From: Candidatus Micrarchaeota archaeon
GTDB taxonomy: Archaea > Micrarchaeota > Micrarchaeia > Norongarragalinales > SBBD01
Direction: 5' to 3'
NCBI GenBank assembly: GCA_043806595.1
Contig: JAZDGU010000039.1
Location: 1 to 25,903 of the forward strand
Length of the DNA: 25,903 nucleotides
Shown here: positions 8,918 to 17,720 of the stretch, one piece after another
Layout: each line of letters opens with the position of its first letter
Numbering within the stretch: the stretch's first letter is position 1
Notes under the pieces: generated by a model
The model's database searches: none
The model's input: the letters and a program-made list of their open reading frames with translations, nothing else
Told to the model about the DNA's origin: nothing
Position numbers and translations under genes: made by a program

Positions 8918-10072
8918 ATGGACCAGCAGACAAGCGAATTCCCGAAGCAGGCGCCCGCGTTGCAGCCGCAGGAGGATGAGGAGGAGCTGGAGGAGCCCGA
9001 GGAGGGCGACTACGCGGGGCTTGCGAAATACCAGGCTCTCAGACTGTGGTTCCGCGTGCGCGGCCCGCTGAAGCGCTACTGGCTTCCCCTGCTAGTCCTC
9101 GTCGCCATCGTGGGTCTCGGCTACTGGTATTATTTCGCAAGGCCGCAGCCCGGCTCGATTGTGCTGCGCGTGATGCAGGTGGACGAGGACAAGGGTGTTC
9201 TCGCCACGGTGTCGCTCGCCTACGAGGACGGCAACCCGGTTGGCGGCGAGCTGCTCACCGACCCCAACGGCCTCGTCGTGCTGAACGGCGTGCCGGCCGG
9301 AAGGGACCTCCAGCTGCAGGTCACCCCGCTGAGCAGCAAGCTCAAGCCTGCACTCAAGTTCGTAAGCGCGCTCGACTCGCGCGAGTCGCGCAAGGCCGAG
9401 GTGCAGGTCGGGCGCAAGACCGGCCTCAAGTTCATATCCTCGGGGTATTCGGCAGTTGTCGCAAGCAAGTGCTCCCGGTCGCTCCTCGTCGAGGTTGAGA
9501 ACACCGGCGTTTCCGACGAGGCGCTCGCCATTACTGCAGAGGGACAGGTCGCGGACCTCGTCCGCCCGACGCAGAGCGACGTCATCGAGCCCGAGACGCA
9601 GGTGCTGGTGCCGGTCCGCATAACCGCCAAGTCCGGAGGCGGCGACGTCTCGGGAAGCCTGAGGATACGCGGGACTACGGTCAGCGTGCCGCTCGAGGTG
9701 ACCGTCAAGGAGACGCGGCCGAGGCTGGACGTCAGCTTCGACCAGCCCGACGCCAAGGACTTCACGGCGCCGCCCGGCACGGTCAAGAAGAGCTACGTTA
9801 TCATCAGGAACGGCGGCGGCGCCGACTCTGCCCCCATCACCGACGTCAACGTCTCGGTCAAGGGCGACTTCGCCAACTGGGCGTCGGTCACCGAGACGGA
9901 CCAGATTGCGGATGCGAATGCCGGGGACGGCATCCCTGCCGAGCGCACCGCCTCCTTCCTTTTCACGGTCTCGGTGCCCATGGACGCGCTGCCGGGCCAG
10001 TACGTGGGCAAGCTAGAGGTGGCAAGCTCTTGCGACACCCATAACATCCTACTTAACGCCGTCATCCAGTAG
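8918..10072 (+). CDS. Single-pass membrane protein with acidic N-terminal tail and extracellular beta-sandwich (Ig/CARDB-like) domains
   Basis: EDEEELEEPEE tail, TM WLPLLVLVAIVGLGYWYYF, beta-rich repeats (VEVENTG, VIIRNGG, PGQYVGKLEV). Start moved to ATG 8918 to avoid overlap with the divergent ATPase. Confidence 0.72.
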   Translation: MDQQTSEFPKQAPALQPQEDEEELEEPEEGDYAGLAKYQALRLWFRVRGPLKRYWLPLLVLVAIVGLGYWYYFARPQPGSIVLRVMQVDEDKGVLATVSLAYEDGNPVGGELLTDPNGLVVLNGVPAGRDLQLQVTPLSSKLKPALKFVSALDSRESRKAEVQVGRKTGLKFISSGYSAVVASKCSRSLLVEVENTGVSDEALAITAEGQVADLVRPTQSDVIEPETQVLVPVRITAKSGGGDVSGSLRIRGTTVSVPLEVTVKETRPRLDVSFDQPDAKDFTAPPGTVKKSYVIIRNGGGADSAPITDVNVSVKGDFANWASVTETDQIADANAGDGIPAERTASFLFTVSVPMDALPGQYVGKLEVASSCDTHNILLNAVIQ

Positions 10073-10140
10073 CCCGAGTCTTTATTATTCCTTCGACGCC
10101 CTAACAACCCCTCTAGGGGAAAAGGGGGTTCGAGGGGAAG

Positions 10141-12744
10141 ATGATTACGGAATTGGCCCTTCGGCACTGGAAGAGCCACGAGCACACTCAGATGCGTTTC
10201 GGCAGGGGCACCAACCTGTTCGTAGGCAGCATGGGCTCCGGAAAGACGAGCGCCGTCGAGGCCGTTTCCTTCGCGCTCTTCGGCACCTTCCCGGCGCTCA
10301 AGGCAAGGCGCGTCCGGGTGGAGGACCTCGTCTCGCGCGGCCCGCAGAACCATTCCGCCGAAGTCGAGCTGCGCTTCGAGAAGGACGGCAAGCCGTACCG
10401 CGTCGTGCGGCGCCTGGGCCGCGAGGGACGCGCCGAGGCGCAGGTGTTTTGCGACGGGAAGCTGCTTGAGGCCCAGCCCCAGCGCGCCACCGAGCTGATA
10501 GAGGGCGTGCTCCGGATAGACTACGACCTGTTCTCCCGCATCATCTACGCCGAGCAGAACCGCATCGACTACCTGCTCAACGCCGCGAAGGGCGAGCGCA
10601 AGAGGCAGGTGGACGAGCTGCTCGGAATCAGCGCATTCGAGTCCGCGCGCGGCAACGCCGGCACCCTCGCTAACCGGCTCAAGGCGACGCGTTCCGAGGC
10701 CCAGAAGCTCCTCGAGGGCATGCGGCCCGAAGACCTCCGGGAGCAGCTTCGCGCAGCCGAGTCCGCCGCGGACGCCTCGCGGAAAAATTGTGCTTCCCTC
10801 CGGGGGAAAACAGCCGTGCTCGAGCCCGCGCTCCGGCGTTCCGCGGAGTCGGTCGCCGCACTCGAAGCCGCAGAGCGCGAGCACGGCCTCATTTCCCATA
10901 GGAAATCCTCCTTGGGCGCGCTTCTCGCAAGGCTCCGCGAGGAGCTCGGGGAGACGGGCATACCACCGGCCGAGCTGGCCTCGGCCGACGATGCAGGCCT
11001 GCGCCTCCAGGAGGCCGCCGCAAATGAGCGCATCGCTTCGCTCAGGAAAACCGCGGCCGGCGTCTCGCGGTTGCGCGTGGACGTCGGCAGGCTCGAGGCA
11101 GAGCTTGCATCGCTGGAACGCCAGCTCTCCGAACTCCCGCCGGTGCCGTCCGCGCCCCCCGACCCCCGAGGTCTTTCGGAACGCGTAAGCGCGCTCGAGG
11201 CCGGCCTTTCCGCCAAGGACAAGGAAATCGTCGATCTCTCCTCCGCTGCAGCGGCCATGCGCGGCAACCTCTCCGAGCTCGATCGGAAGGCGCGCGAGAA
11301 GGATTCGCTAGAGTCCCGCGTTTCCTCCATCGGCTCGCCTGACGCGGCCGCGGCGCAGCTGGCCTTCGACACCGCGGACCGCAGGCTCTCGGAGCTCTCC
11401 TCATTCTCGTTCGGCAGCGAAAGCGCCCTCAACGCCCTTGGGCAGGCGGGGGCCCAGTGCCCGACGTGCGGCAGCGAGCTCTCCAAAGCCAGGAAGGACG
11501 GCATGCTCGGCGTGCACCGCAAGCACCTCGAGGAGTATTCCGCGCAGCTTTCGTCGGTGCGGAAGGAGAGGGAGGCGGCGGCATTGCGGCTGCGCAAGGC
11601 GCAGCAGGACATCCTCGCGCTCGAATCCCTCAGGACCGCCCTCGACGGGCTGAAGTCCGCAGGGCTTGAGGCCGAGGCCGTGGCCAAGTCGCTGGACTCC
11701 GCGGAAAAACGCCTCGCCGAGGCAAGCGCGGCGCGTCATGCCGCTGCAGGCGAGCTCGAGAGGGCGCGCGGCGGGCTCGAGGCTGCGAGGAGGTCGCGTG
11801 AAACGCTTGAACGCTCCGAGTCCGTCAAGCTGCAGATTGCCACGGCTTCCGGGCGCCTCCAGACGAGGAGGGCCGAGCTTTCCTCATTGGAATCCGGCTA
11901 TTCGGAGGAGACGCTGGCATCGGCGGAATCGTCGCTTTCGCGCCTCCAGACCGCAGGGCGCGCGCTCGCGGTGAAAAAGAGGTTGGACGAAGCGGCTTCC
12001 TCGCTTTCCGCCGCGGAGTCCCGGCTCGCGGCGCTTGCCTTCGACCCCGCCGCGCTCTCCCGCGCCCGCGCGGGGCAGTCCTCCATCAAGGAGGAGCTGG
12101 CGAGGCTTTCCGCGGAGGCATCCGCGGAGGAGCGTGCGGCGGAGGAGCGCGCGAGGAACGCGGAATCGCTGAGGCAGAGCCTCGACGCCGTCGCCGCCAG
12201 GTCGCGCAATCTCGAGGACCTCGGCCGCAAGGCGGATTCCTCCCTCAAATTCCAGTCTGCGGTCATCGAGACCCAGAAGTCCCTGCGCGAGGAGCTAGTC
12301 GGCGCGATTACGGGCGCGATGCAGGAGGTCTGGCCCATCATATACCCCTACCGCGACTACAAGTCCATACGCCTGGTGGCGCTCGAGGACGACTACGCCC
12401 TCGAGCTGCAGGACCAGCAGGACGCATGGCTGGCCATCGAGGGCTGTTCCGGCGGGGAAAGGAGCTGCGCCGCGCTCGCGATGCGCGTCGCGTTCGCGCT
12501 CGTGCTGACGCCCGGCCTCTCTTGGCTCATCCTCGACGAGCCGACGCACAACCTCGACGCGAGGGCGGTGCAGGCGCTTTCGACCGCGCTGCACGACCGG
12601 CTGCCCGAGATCGTGGAGCAGGTCTTCATCATCACGCACGACGAGAAGCTCAAGGAGGGCGGCTCTGGCAGGGCCTTCTTCTTCGAGCGCGGCAAGGACG
12701 ACTCCGGACGCACCGTGGTCGAGGAGATCAGCTTCTCATCTTGA
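10141..12744 (+). CDS. rad50: DNA double-strand break repair ATPase Rad50 (SbcC/SMC family)
   Basis: Walker A GSMGSGKTS, Q-loop YAEQ, long coiled coil with central zinc hook CPTCG, signature CSGGE, Walker B/D-loop LILDEPTHNLD, H-loop IITHD. Confidence 0.92.
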   Translation: MITELALRHWKSHEHTQMRFGRGTNLFVGSMGSGKTSAVEAVSFALFGTFPALKARRVRVEDLVSRGPQNHSAEVELRFEKDGKPYRVVRRLGREGRAEAQVFCDGKLLEAQPQRATELIEGVLRIDYDLFSRIIYAEQNRIDYLLNAAKGERKRQVDELLGISAFESARGNAGTLANRLKATRSEAQKLLEGMRPEDLREQLRAAESAADASRKNCASLRGKTAVLEPALRRSAESVAALEAAEREHGLISHRKSSLGALLARLREELGETGIPPAELASADDAGLRLQEAAANERIASLRKTAAGVSRLRVDVGRLEAELASLERQLSELPPVPSAPPDPRGLSERVSALEAGLSAKDKEIVDLSSAAAAMRGNLSELDRKAREKDSLESRVSSIGSPDAAAAQLAFDTADRRLSELSSFSFGSESALNALGQAGAQCPTCGSELSKARKDGMLGVHRKHLEEYSAQLSSVRKEREAAALRLRKAQQDILALESLRTALDGLKSAGLEAEAVAKSLDSAEKRLAEASAARHAAAGELERARGGLEAARRSRETLERSESVKLQIATASGRLQTRRAELSSLESGYSEETLASAESSLSRLQTAGRALAVKKRLDEAASSLSAAESRLAALAFDPAALSRARAGQSSIKEELARLSAEASAEERAAEERARNAESLRQSLDAVAARSRNLEDLGRKADSSLKFQSAVIETQKSLREELVGAITGAMQEVWPIIYPYRDYKSIRLVALEDDYALELQDQQDAWLAIEGCSGGERSCAALAMRVAFALVLTPGLSWLILDEPTHNLDARAVQALSTALHDRLPEIVEQVFIITHDEKLKEGGSGRAFFFERGKDDSGRTVVEEISFSS

Positions 12745-13645
12745 GGCCTTCCCCGAGGGAGGCGTGCAGCAGCGGGAACACTATCGAGGCGTCGCCGTGC
12801 ACCGTCGCCGTCGCGCCCTTCTCCGCCACCTTGCCCCACGACTTGGCCTCGGAGGCGCGCGCGCCCGAGAGCGACCCGTCGTACTCCGCCGCCGTCGTCA
12901 CGTATACCGCGTAGTCCAGCCCGCCGCGCAGGAGGTTGACGGCGATGGTGTGGTGCTTGGATATGCCCCCGCCTAGCACTAGCGCGCCGGTACGCTTGGC
13001 GGAGAGCACCATCGTCCCCAGTGCGCCCATGTCCGCGGTGACGTCCACCGCGAAATCCGCGTGGTCCTGCTTGACGTAGTAGAGCTGCAGCCCGAGAGCT
13101 GAATCCGTTATCCCCGGGCAGAACACGGGGATGCCGTTCTTCCTGCATTCCCCGAGGAATGATTTCCGTTTTTTCAGGAAATCCCCGAGCTCGGCCGAGA
13201 TGTCGCCCGGCGACACTGTCCTCCTGCGCCGGTAGAGCGCCTCGAGCACCGGCCTCACCCTCTTCTCGAACGACACGTAGCGCGCGTTCGGCACGAGGAT
13301 GTTCCCCAGCCGGTTCACGCTGCCGCGGTGCAGACGGACGTCGTCCTCGGCGAACGACCCGATTTCGTAGTCCTCGAACGACCTGATGAAGTCGTGGTCG
13401 AGCGAGCCGCCGGCGGTGATTGCCGCGTCGAAGAGCCTGCGCCTTGCCAAGTCGATGAACAGCCCGCGCAGCCCGGAGGCCATCATGTTCGAGGTGAACG
13501 CGAAAAACACGGTGCACTCCCTGTCGGCGAGCATTTCGCGCAATATGCCCGACGCCCGCGCGAGCTCGGTTGCCTGGAATCCGGCCGCCCCGAACCCCTT
13601 GAGGAGATTTTCCGCGGCCTGCGGTTTCATGTCAACGACCTTCAT
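12728..13645 (-). CDS. dys: Deoxyhypusine synthase
   Basis: GFQA, FTSNM..SGLR, HD, NRLGNI, GGGISKHH, DGSLSGA..SEAKSWGK (catalytic Lys). GGGGGG Shine-Dalgarno-like tract upstream of ATG 13645. Confidence 0.95.
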   Translation of the reverse strand: MKVVDMKPQAAENLLKGFGAAGFQATELARASGILREMLADRECTVFFAFTSNMMASGLRGLFIDLARRRLFDAAITAGGSLDHDFIRSFEDYEIGSFAEDDVRLHRGSVNRLGNILVPNARYVSFEKRVRPVLEALYRRRRTVSPGDISAELGDFLKKRKSFLGECRKNGIPVFCPGITDSALGLQLYYVKQDHADFAVDVTADMGALGTMVLSAKRTGALVLGGGISKHHTIAVNLLRGGLDYAVYVTTAAEYDGSLSGARASEAKSWGKVAEKGATATVHGDASIVFPLLHASLGEGLKMRS

Positions 13646-13659
13646 TGCAATCCCCCCTT

Positions 13660-14721
13660 TCAGATCAAAAAGCCCCACGCGTGCTCGGCGTTCCCGAACC
13701 CCGCGCCGGCATCCTCGAGCGTGTACGCCGGCTTTCCCCGCCGCCGGAAATCGAGCCTAGTCGCCGCGACGCAGTACTCGTCGTAGTGGAGCGCGTTCTT
13801 GAATATATCGGCGAGGCCGTTCTGTATCTTCCAGCTCGTTTCGGCGTACGAGCGCAGCTCGGCCTCGAGGGACTCGCCTTCCGAGCGCGCCTTGAACGTC
13901 CACACCGGCCTGCCGCCGACGCGCCTCGAGGATATCCTGCACGGCCTGAACTCCCGGTAGCTCCCGTCCTGCGCGCAGAAGAACTCGAGCTTGCTCTTGA
14001 AGAGGAGGTTGTTGTGCAGCGAGCCGACGTCGCGGTTGACGAGGCTCTGGCCGACGCGGGGGCAGAAGTAGCTCAAGAACGACCCGTCCCTGAAATGCAC
14101 GATGCTCCACAGCCACGGCATCACCGGCGCCTTCACGACGACCTTCTGGAAATACGCCGTGCCGCGGACCTTCCTCCTCCTGCCGCCGATTTGCAGCGTG
14201 CCTTCGACGGCGAGCTCGTTGACCTTGGTAATCTTGTAGGTGAACCTCCGCAGGAACGCGTTCATGTGCTGTCTGGGCTCCGACGCCCCGTTGATTTTCC
14301 GGGTGGCGAACTTGAGACTCCCGCCCTCCCCCCGGATGGAGACCTTGAACCTCCCGCGGTTTTCGGAGAATCCCGCGCCGTCGGCCTCAAGGCTCCTCCT
14401 CCCCTCGTCCAGTACGAGCGGCGCCTGCTTGAGGATGAAGTGGTCATGCATCCTCCTGCCGTCGTACAGCCAGCTCGCGACCGCCCCGTCGAACACGGCC
14501 CTGCCCTTGCCGCGGAGGATGGTCTGGTCGAACCTGACGTCGACGCCGTTGACCTTGAACCGCTTCTCCTTCTTAGTGCTCCACAGGCACATGAGCTGGA
14601 GCGGTTTGGCCGGGTTTTCCGGGTTCTCAAGGAAGACGAGCCAGAACCACCACCACCAGACGCCCTCCTTGGCGTGCTCGTAGTCGATGGTCCAGACGCC
14701 GTCGAGCAGCGACTTTGCCAT
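13660..14721 (-). CDS. Hypothetical protein, possibly AttH/tocopherol-cyclase-like beta-barrel
   Basis: 353 aa from ATG 14721 with a TATA about 25 nt upstream and host-like codon usage. WWWWFW, GTAYFQKV, WLWS and terminal EHAWG motifs resemble that fold; the family call is tentative. Confidence 0.6.
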   Translation of the reverse strand: MAKSLLDGVWTIDYEHAKEGVWWWWFWLVFLENPENPAKPLQLMCLWSTKKEKRFKVNGVDVRFDQTILRGKGRAVFDGAVASWLYDGRRMHDHFILKQAPLVLDEGRRSLEADGAGFSENRGRFKVSIRGEGGSLKFATRKINGASEPRQHMNAFLRRFTYKITKVNELAVEGTLQIGGRRRKVRGTAYFQKVVVKAPVMPWLWSIVHFRDGSFLSYFCPRVGQSLVNRDVGSLHNNLLFKSKLEFFCAQDGSYREFRPCRISSRRVGGRPVWTFKARSEGESLEAELRSYAETSWKIQNGLADIFKNALHYDEYCVAATRLDFRRRGKPAYTLEDAGAGFGNAEHAWGFLI

Positions 14722-14742
14722 TGAGTACGTTTGGCGGCAGGC

Positions 14743-14750
14743 TATTAAAT
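14743..14750. promoter_or_regulatory. TATA element shared by the leftward CDS (14721) and the rightward C/D sRNA
   Basis: TATTAAAT lies about 20-30 nt from both putative 5' ends. Confidence 0.55.
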
Positions 14751-14768
14751 TCCTTTTCGCCCATAGCC

Positions 14769-14833
14769 ATGCAGATGATGAGCCTGAACAACCCCTGAGC
14801 CGACGCCGTGATGAGGTTGATAGCGCCTGACAT
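14769..14833 (+). ncRNA. Archaeal box C/D guide sRNA
   Basis: Box C ATGATGA 14775-14781, 13-nt guide, D' CTGA 14795-14798, C' GTGATGA 14808-14814, 12-nt guide, D CTGA 14827-14830. Terminal ATG/CAT stem with a 3-nt bulge (K-turn geometry). Intergenic once true starts are used. Confidence 0.9.
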
Positions 14834-14847
14834 TCCCACGACGCCTC

Positions 14848-14871
14848 CAGCTTAAGCTCCCGGCTAATCTT
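14848..14871. promoter_or_regulatory. Degenerate copy of the wHTH operator palindrome upstream of the beta-propeller gene
   Basis: CAGCTTAAGC-TCCC-GGCTAATCTT matches ATGCTTAACC-N4-GGTTAAGCAT at 7/10 + 7/10, and ends 10 nt before TATA TTATTAAC (14882). Confidence 0.5.
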
Positions 14872-14920
14872 TTGGGAGTCCTTATTAACGCCGCCCGCGA
14901 TATCCGTGCTTGGTGGTTTC

Positions 14921-17224
14921 ATGGACAACTCTCTCGCCCTTCTCGCCATCGCGGTAGTCGCGGTGCTCGTCGTCTTCGGGGGTTCGTTCGGAGACATGCG
15001 GCCTCCGGCACTGCCATACGCTTCACCGACGCCGACCAATGTTCCGACAGCCGTCGCCACGGCATGGCCCACGACGCCCGGCGGAGTTCCGACGGCGGTG
15101 CCCCAGACTGAAGACATCAACAGCTTCACCTCGTTCAAGGAAATCGCGTCCTTCCTCGGCCCCTCCGATGCAGGCGGCACGGGTTACTACGACGGCAGAA
15201 TGTATGGAGAGGCAATGGTCAATGCAATGGTTGCGCCGCCGTCGGCCGGCTTGGGCGCAGGAACCGCCGACTCCGCATCGAAGGCCTCCGACTACTCGCA
15301 GACGAACGTGCAGGTCGAGGGCGTTGATGAAGCCGACATCGTGAAGAACGACGGCAAATACATCTATACCATATCCGCGGGCGACGTCGTCATCCTCGAC
15401 GCCTTCCCGCCCTCGCAGGCGAGGGTCCTCTCCACGATCTCCGAGGACACGATATCGAACATATTCGTAAACGGCGACAGCCTCGTGGCGTTCGGCAGCG
15501 GCGAATTCGGGTGGCAGCCGTACGTCGAGGAGCTCGAGGAGCGCTTCAAGGAGGACCAGGAAGACCTCCCGCCCCTGCCGCCCTCCGACGGCGCGGCGGG
15601 CACTGCTCCGTTTTACCGGCCGTATTATCCGACGCAGTCTTCATTCATCAAGGTCTACGACGTCTCCGACCGTTCCTCCCCCAGGCTCCTGAAGACCGTC
15701 AACCTCATGGGCCAATACTCGCAGTCGAGGATGATCGGCAAGAAGGTCTACGCAGTCTACACGGAGAACGCGCGCGGCGAGATTCCGATGCCGGTATACG
15801 CCGTCGGAGGAATAGTGCGCGACATCCTGCCCTCGGAAATCAGCTATTTCGACGAGCCCTTCGACTCCCGCCAGTTCACGACGGTGCTCGGCCTCGACCT
15901 CGCGGACTTGGACAAGCCCGAGTCCAGGAAAGTCGTCCTCATGGGCCGCGGGCAGACCATCTACGTCTCCCAGGACAACTTGTACATCGCGTACACGCGC
16001 TACGACCGCTATTACCCGCTCTGGGAGACCTACGATCAAGTGCTCGGGAGCAGGCTCACGCCGGAATATTCCGCGCGCCTCGATGCAATCGGCGCCGCGG
16101 CGCAGCCCGAGTACAGGAAGGACGCCTCGAGGGTGAGGCTCGCCAACCGCTTCCTCGCGACCCTTGAATCCAAGGAGCGTTCCAACGCAATGCAGGCCAT
16201 CTACCAGGCGCAGATGCCCGTCTACGAGGAGCGCCAGCGCGTGCCCGAGAAGACGGTGGTGCACCGCTTCTCCCTCGGCGGCGCGATTTCCTACACCGGC
16301 AACGGCGAGGTCCCGGGCCACGTCCTCGACCAGTTCAGCATGGACGAGTTCTTCGGCAACTTCAGGATTGCGACCACCGTCGGGCAGGTCTCGAGGACCC
16401 TTACCGACAACCCCTCCATGAACAACGTCTACGTCCTCGGCGCCGACCTCGGCATCGTCGGGAGCCTCGAGGACCTCGCGCCCGGCGAGACGATATACAG
16501 CGCTCGCTTCATGGGCAACCGCGCCTACCTCGTGACGTTCAAGAAGGTCGACCCGCTGTTCGTCATCGGCCTCGAGGACGCGGGCAACCCGCGGCTCCTC
16601 GGCAAGCTCAAGATTCCCGGCTATTCCGACTACCTCCACCCCTACGACGAGACGCACCTCATCGGCATCGGCAAGGACGCGGTTCCCGCGGAGGAAGGGG
16701 ATTTCGCGTGGTACCAGGGAGTCAAGCTCTCCCTCTTCGACGTGTCCGACGTGAGCAACCCGCGCGAGCTCGCATCCTACAAGATCGGCGACCGCGGCAC
16801 CGAGTCTTACGCCCTGCAGGACCACAAGGCCTTCCTCTTCAGCAGGGAACGCGGCCTCCTCGTGGTGCCCATCCGCCTCGCCGAAATAGACCCGGCGAAA
16901 TACCCGCGGGGCGTGGAGCCCAATTCCTACGGCGAATTCAAGTTCCAGGGCGCGTACGTCTTCGGCGTCGGCCTCGATTCCGGGTTCACGCTCCGCGGAA
17001 GGGTTTCCCACCAGGACGACCCCGACGCCTTCGCGAAGAGCGGCGAGTACTACTACGGCCGCGGCACGGACGTCAAGAGGAGCCTCTACATGGACGACTT
17101 CCTCTACACCATCTCGGACCGGCTCGTCAAGGCCAACGACCTGGGCACGCTCCAGGAGCTCGCGGCTGTCGCCCTGCCGTATTCCCAGCAGGACTCCGGC
17201 TACCCGGTGCCCCTCTGGCGCTAG
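14921..17224 (+). CDS. Secreted/membrane-anchored beta-propeller domain protein (Beta_propel, COG4880-like)
   Basis: N-terminal signal anchor, Pro/Thr linker, hallmark motifs DYSQTNVQVEGVDEADIVKNDG, QFSMDE, YSARFMG..YLVTFKKVDPLFVI, LKIPGYSDYLHP. GGTGG SD before ATG. Confidence 0.9.
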   Translation: MDNSLALLAIAVVAVLVVFGGSFGDMRPPALPYASPTPTNVPTAVATAWPTTPGGVPTAVPQTEDINSFTSFKEIASFLGPSDAGGTGYYDGRMYGEAMVNAMVAPPSAGLGAGTADSASKASDYSQTNVQVEGVDEADIVKNDGKYIYTISAGDVVILDAFPPSQARVLSTISEDTISNIFVNGDSLVAFGSGEFGWQPYVEELEERFKEDQEDLPPLPPSDGAAGTAPFYRPYYPTQSSFIKVYDVSDRSSPRLLKTVNLMGQYSQSRMIGKKVYAVYTENARGEIPMPVYAVGGIVRDILPSEISYFDEPFDSRQFTTVLGLDLADLDKPESRKVVLMGRGQTIYVSQDNLYIAYTRYDRYYPLWETYDQVLGSRLTPEYSARLDAIGAAAQPEYRKDASRVRLANRFLATLESKERSNAMQAIYQAQMPVYEERQRVPEKTVVHRFSLGGAISYTGNGEVPGHVLDQFSMDEFFGNFRIATTVGQVSRTLTDNPSMNNVYVLGADLGIVGSLEDLAPGETIYSARFMGNRAYLVTFKKVDPLFVIGLEDAGNPRLLGKLKIPGYSDYLHPYDETHLIGIGKDAVPAEEGDFAWYQGVKLSLFDVSDVSNPRELASYKIGDRGTESYALQDHKAFLFSRERGLLVVPIRLAEIDPAKYPRGVEPNSYGEFKFQGAYVFGVGLDSGFTLRGRVSHQDDPDAFAKSGEYYYGRGTDVKRSLYMDDFLYTISDRLVKANDLGTLQELAAVALPYSQQDSGYPVPLWR

Positions 17225-17284
17225 ACCGCCGGACCGGAAGCCTTTTCTACCCCCCGTCCCCTGCTTTTTGCAGGGGTGGTCGGA

Positions 17285-17719
17285 ATGTGCGACTGGTGGA
17301 AGGTAATCCGCACCGGGCTCATCGCCGGGTTGGTCATGCTCGTCGTCAGCTTCGCTCTCATGCCGTTGTGGACGGCGCTGTTCCCGTCCATCGCTGAAGA
17401 GTATGCCAACATCGTCGTCTTCCGTCCGTGGGGCGACACCTTGATGAACCTCTTCGTGCTCCAGCCGTTCATCGCCGGCATCACGCTCGCCTACGTCTTC
17501 GAGAAGGTCGGGGGCGTGTTCAAGCAGAAGAAATATCTCGACCGCGGGCTCGCCTTCGGGTTCATGATATGGGTCGTCAGCGGCATCCCCGGCATGTTCG
17601 CCACCTACACGAGCTTCCAGCTCTCCGAGGCGATGGTGTTCAGCTGGCTCGCCGGAGGGCTCGTGCAGCTGCTGTTCGGAGGCGTCGTCATCGCGTGGGC
17701 ATGGTCCCGGAAGAAATAA
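17285..17719 (+). CDS. Small multi-pass membrane protein (DUF1761-like)
   Basis: Four hydrophobic helices, GLAFG motif, GGGGTG SD upstream of ATG 17285. Confidence 0.7.
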   Translation: MCDWWKVIRTGLIAGLVMLVVSFALMPLWTALFPSIAEEYANIVVFRPWGDTLMNLFVLQPFIAGITLAYVFEKVGGVFKQKKYLDRGLAFGFMIWVVSGIPGMFATYTSFQLSEAMVFSWLAGGLVQLLFGGVVIAWAWSRKK

Positions 17720-17720
17720 C

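Noticed and set aside
8867..8920. Further copies of the wHTH operator (ATGCTAACC, GATTAAG); also ATGCTTAA near 5563
   Set aside because: Only weak half-site matches without a correctly spaced partner; the latter lies inside intein coding sequence.
14722..15180. N-terminal extension of the 13660-15180 ORF
   Set aside because: Overlaps the C/D sRNA, promoters and the beta-propeller gene; ATG 14721 has its own TATA.
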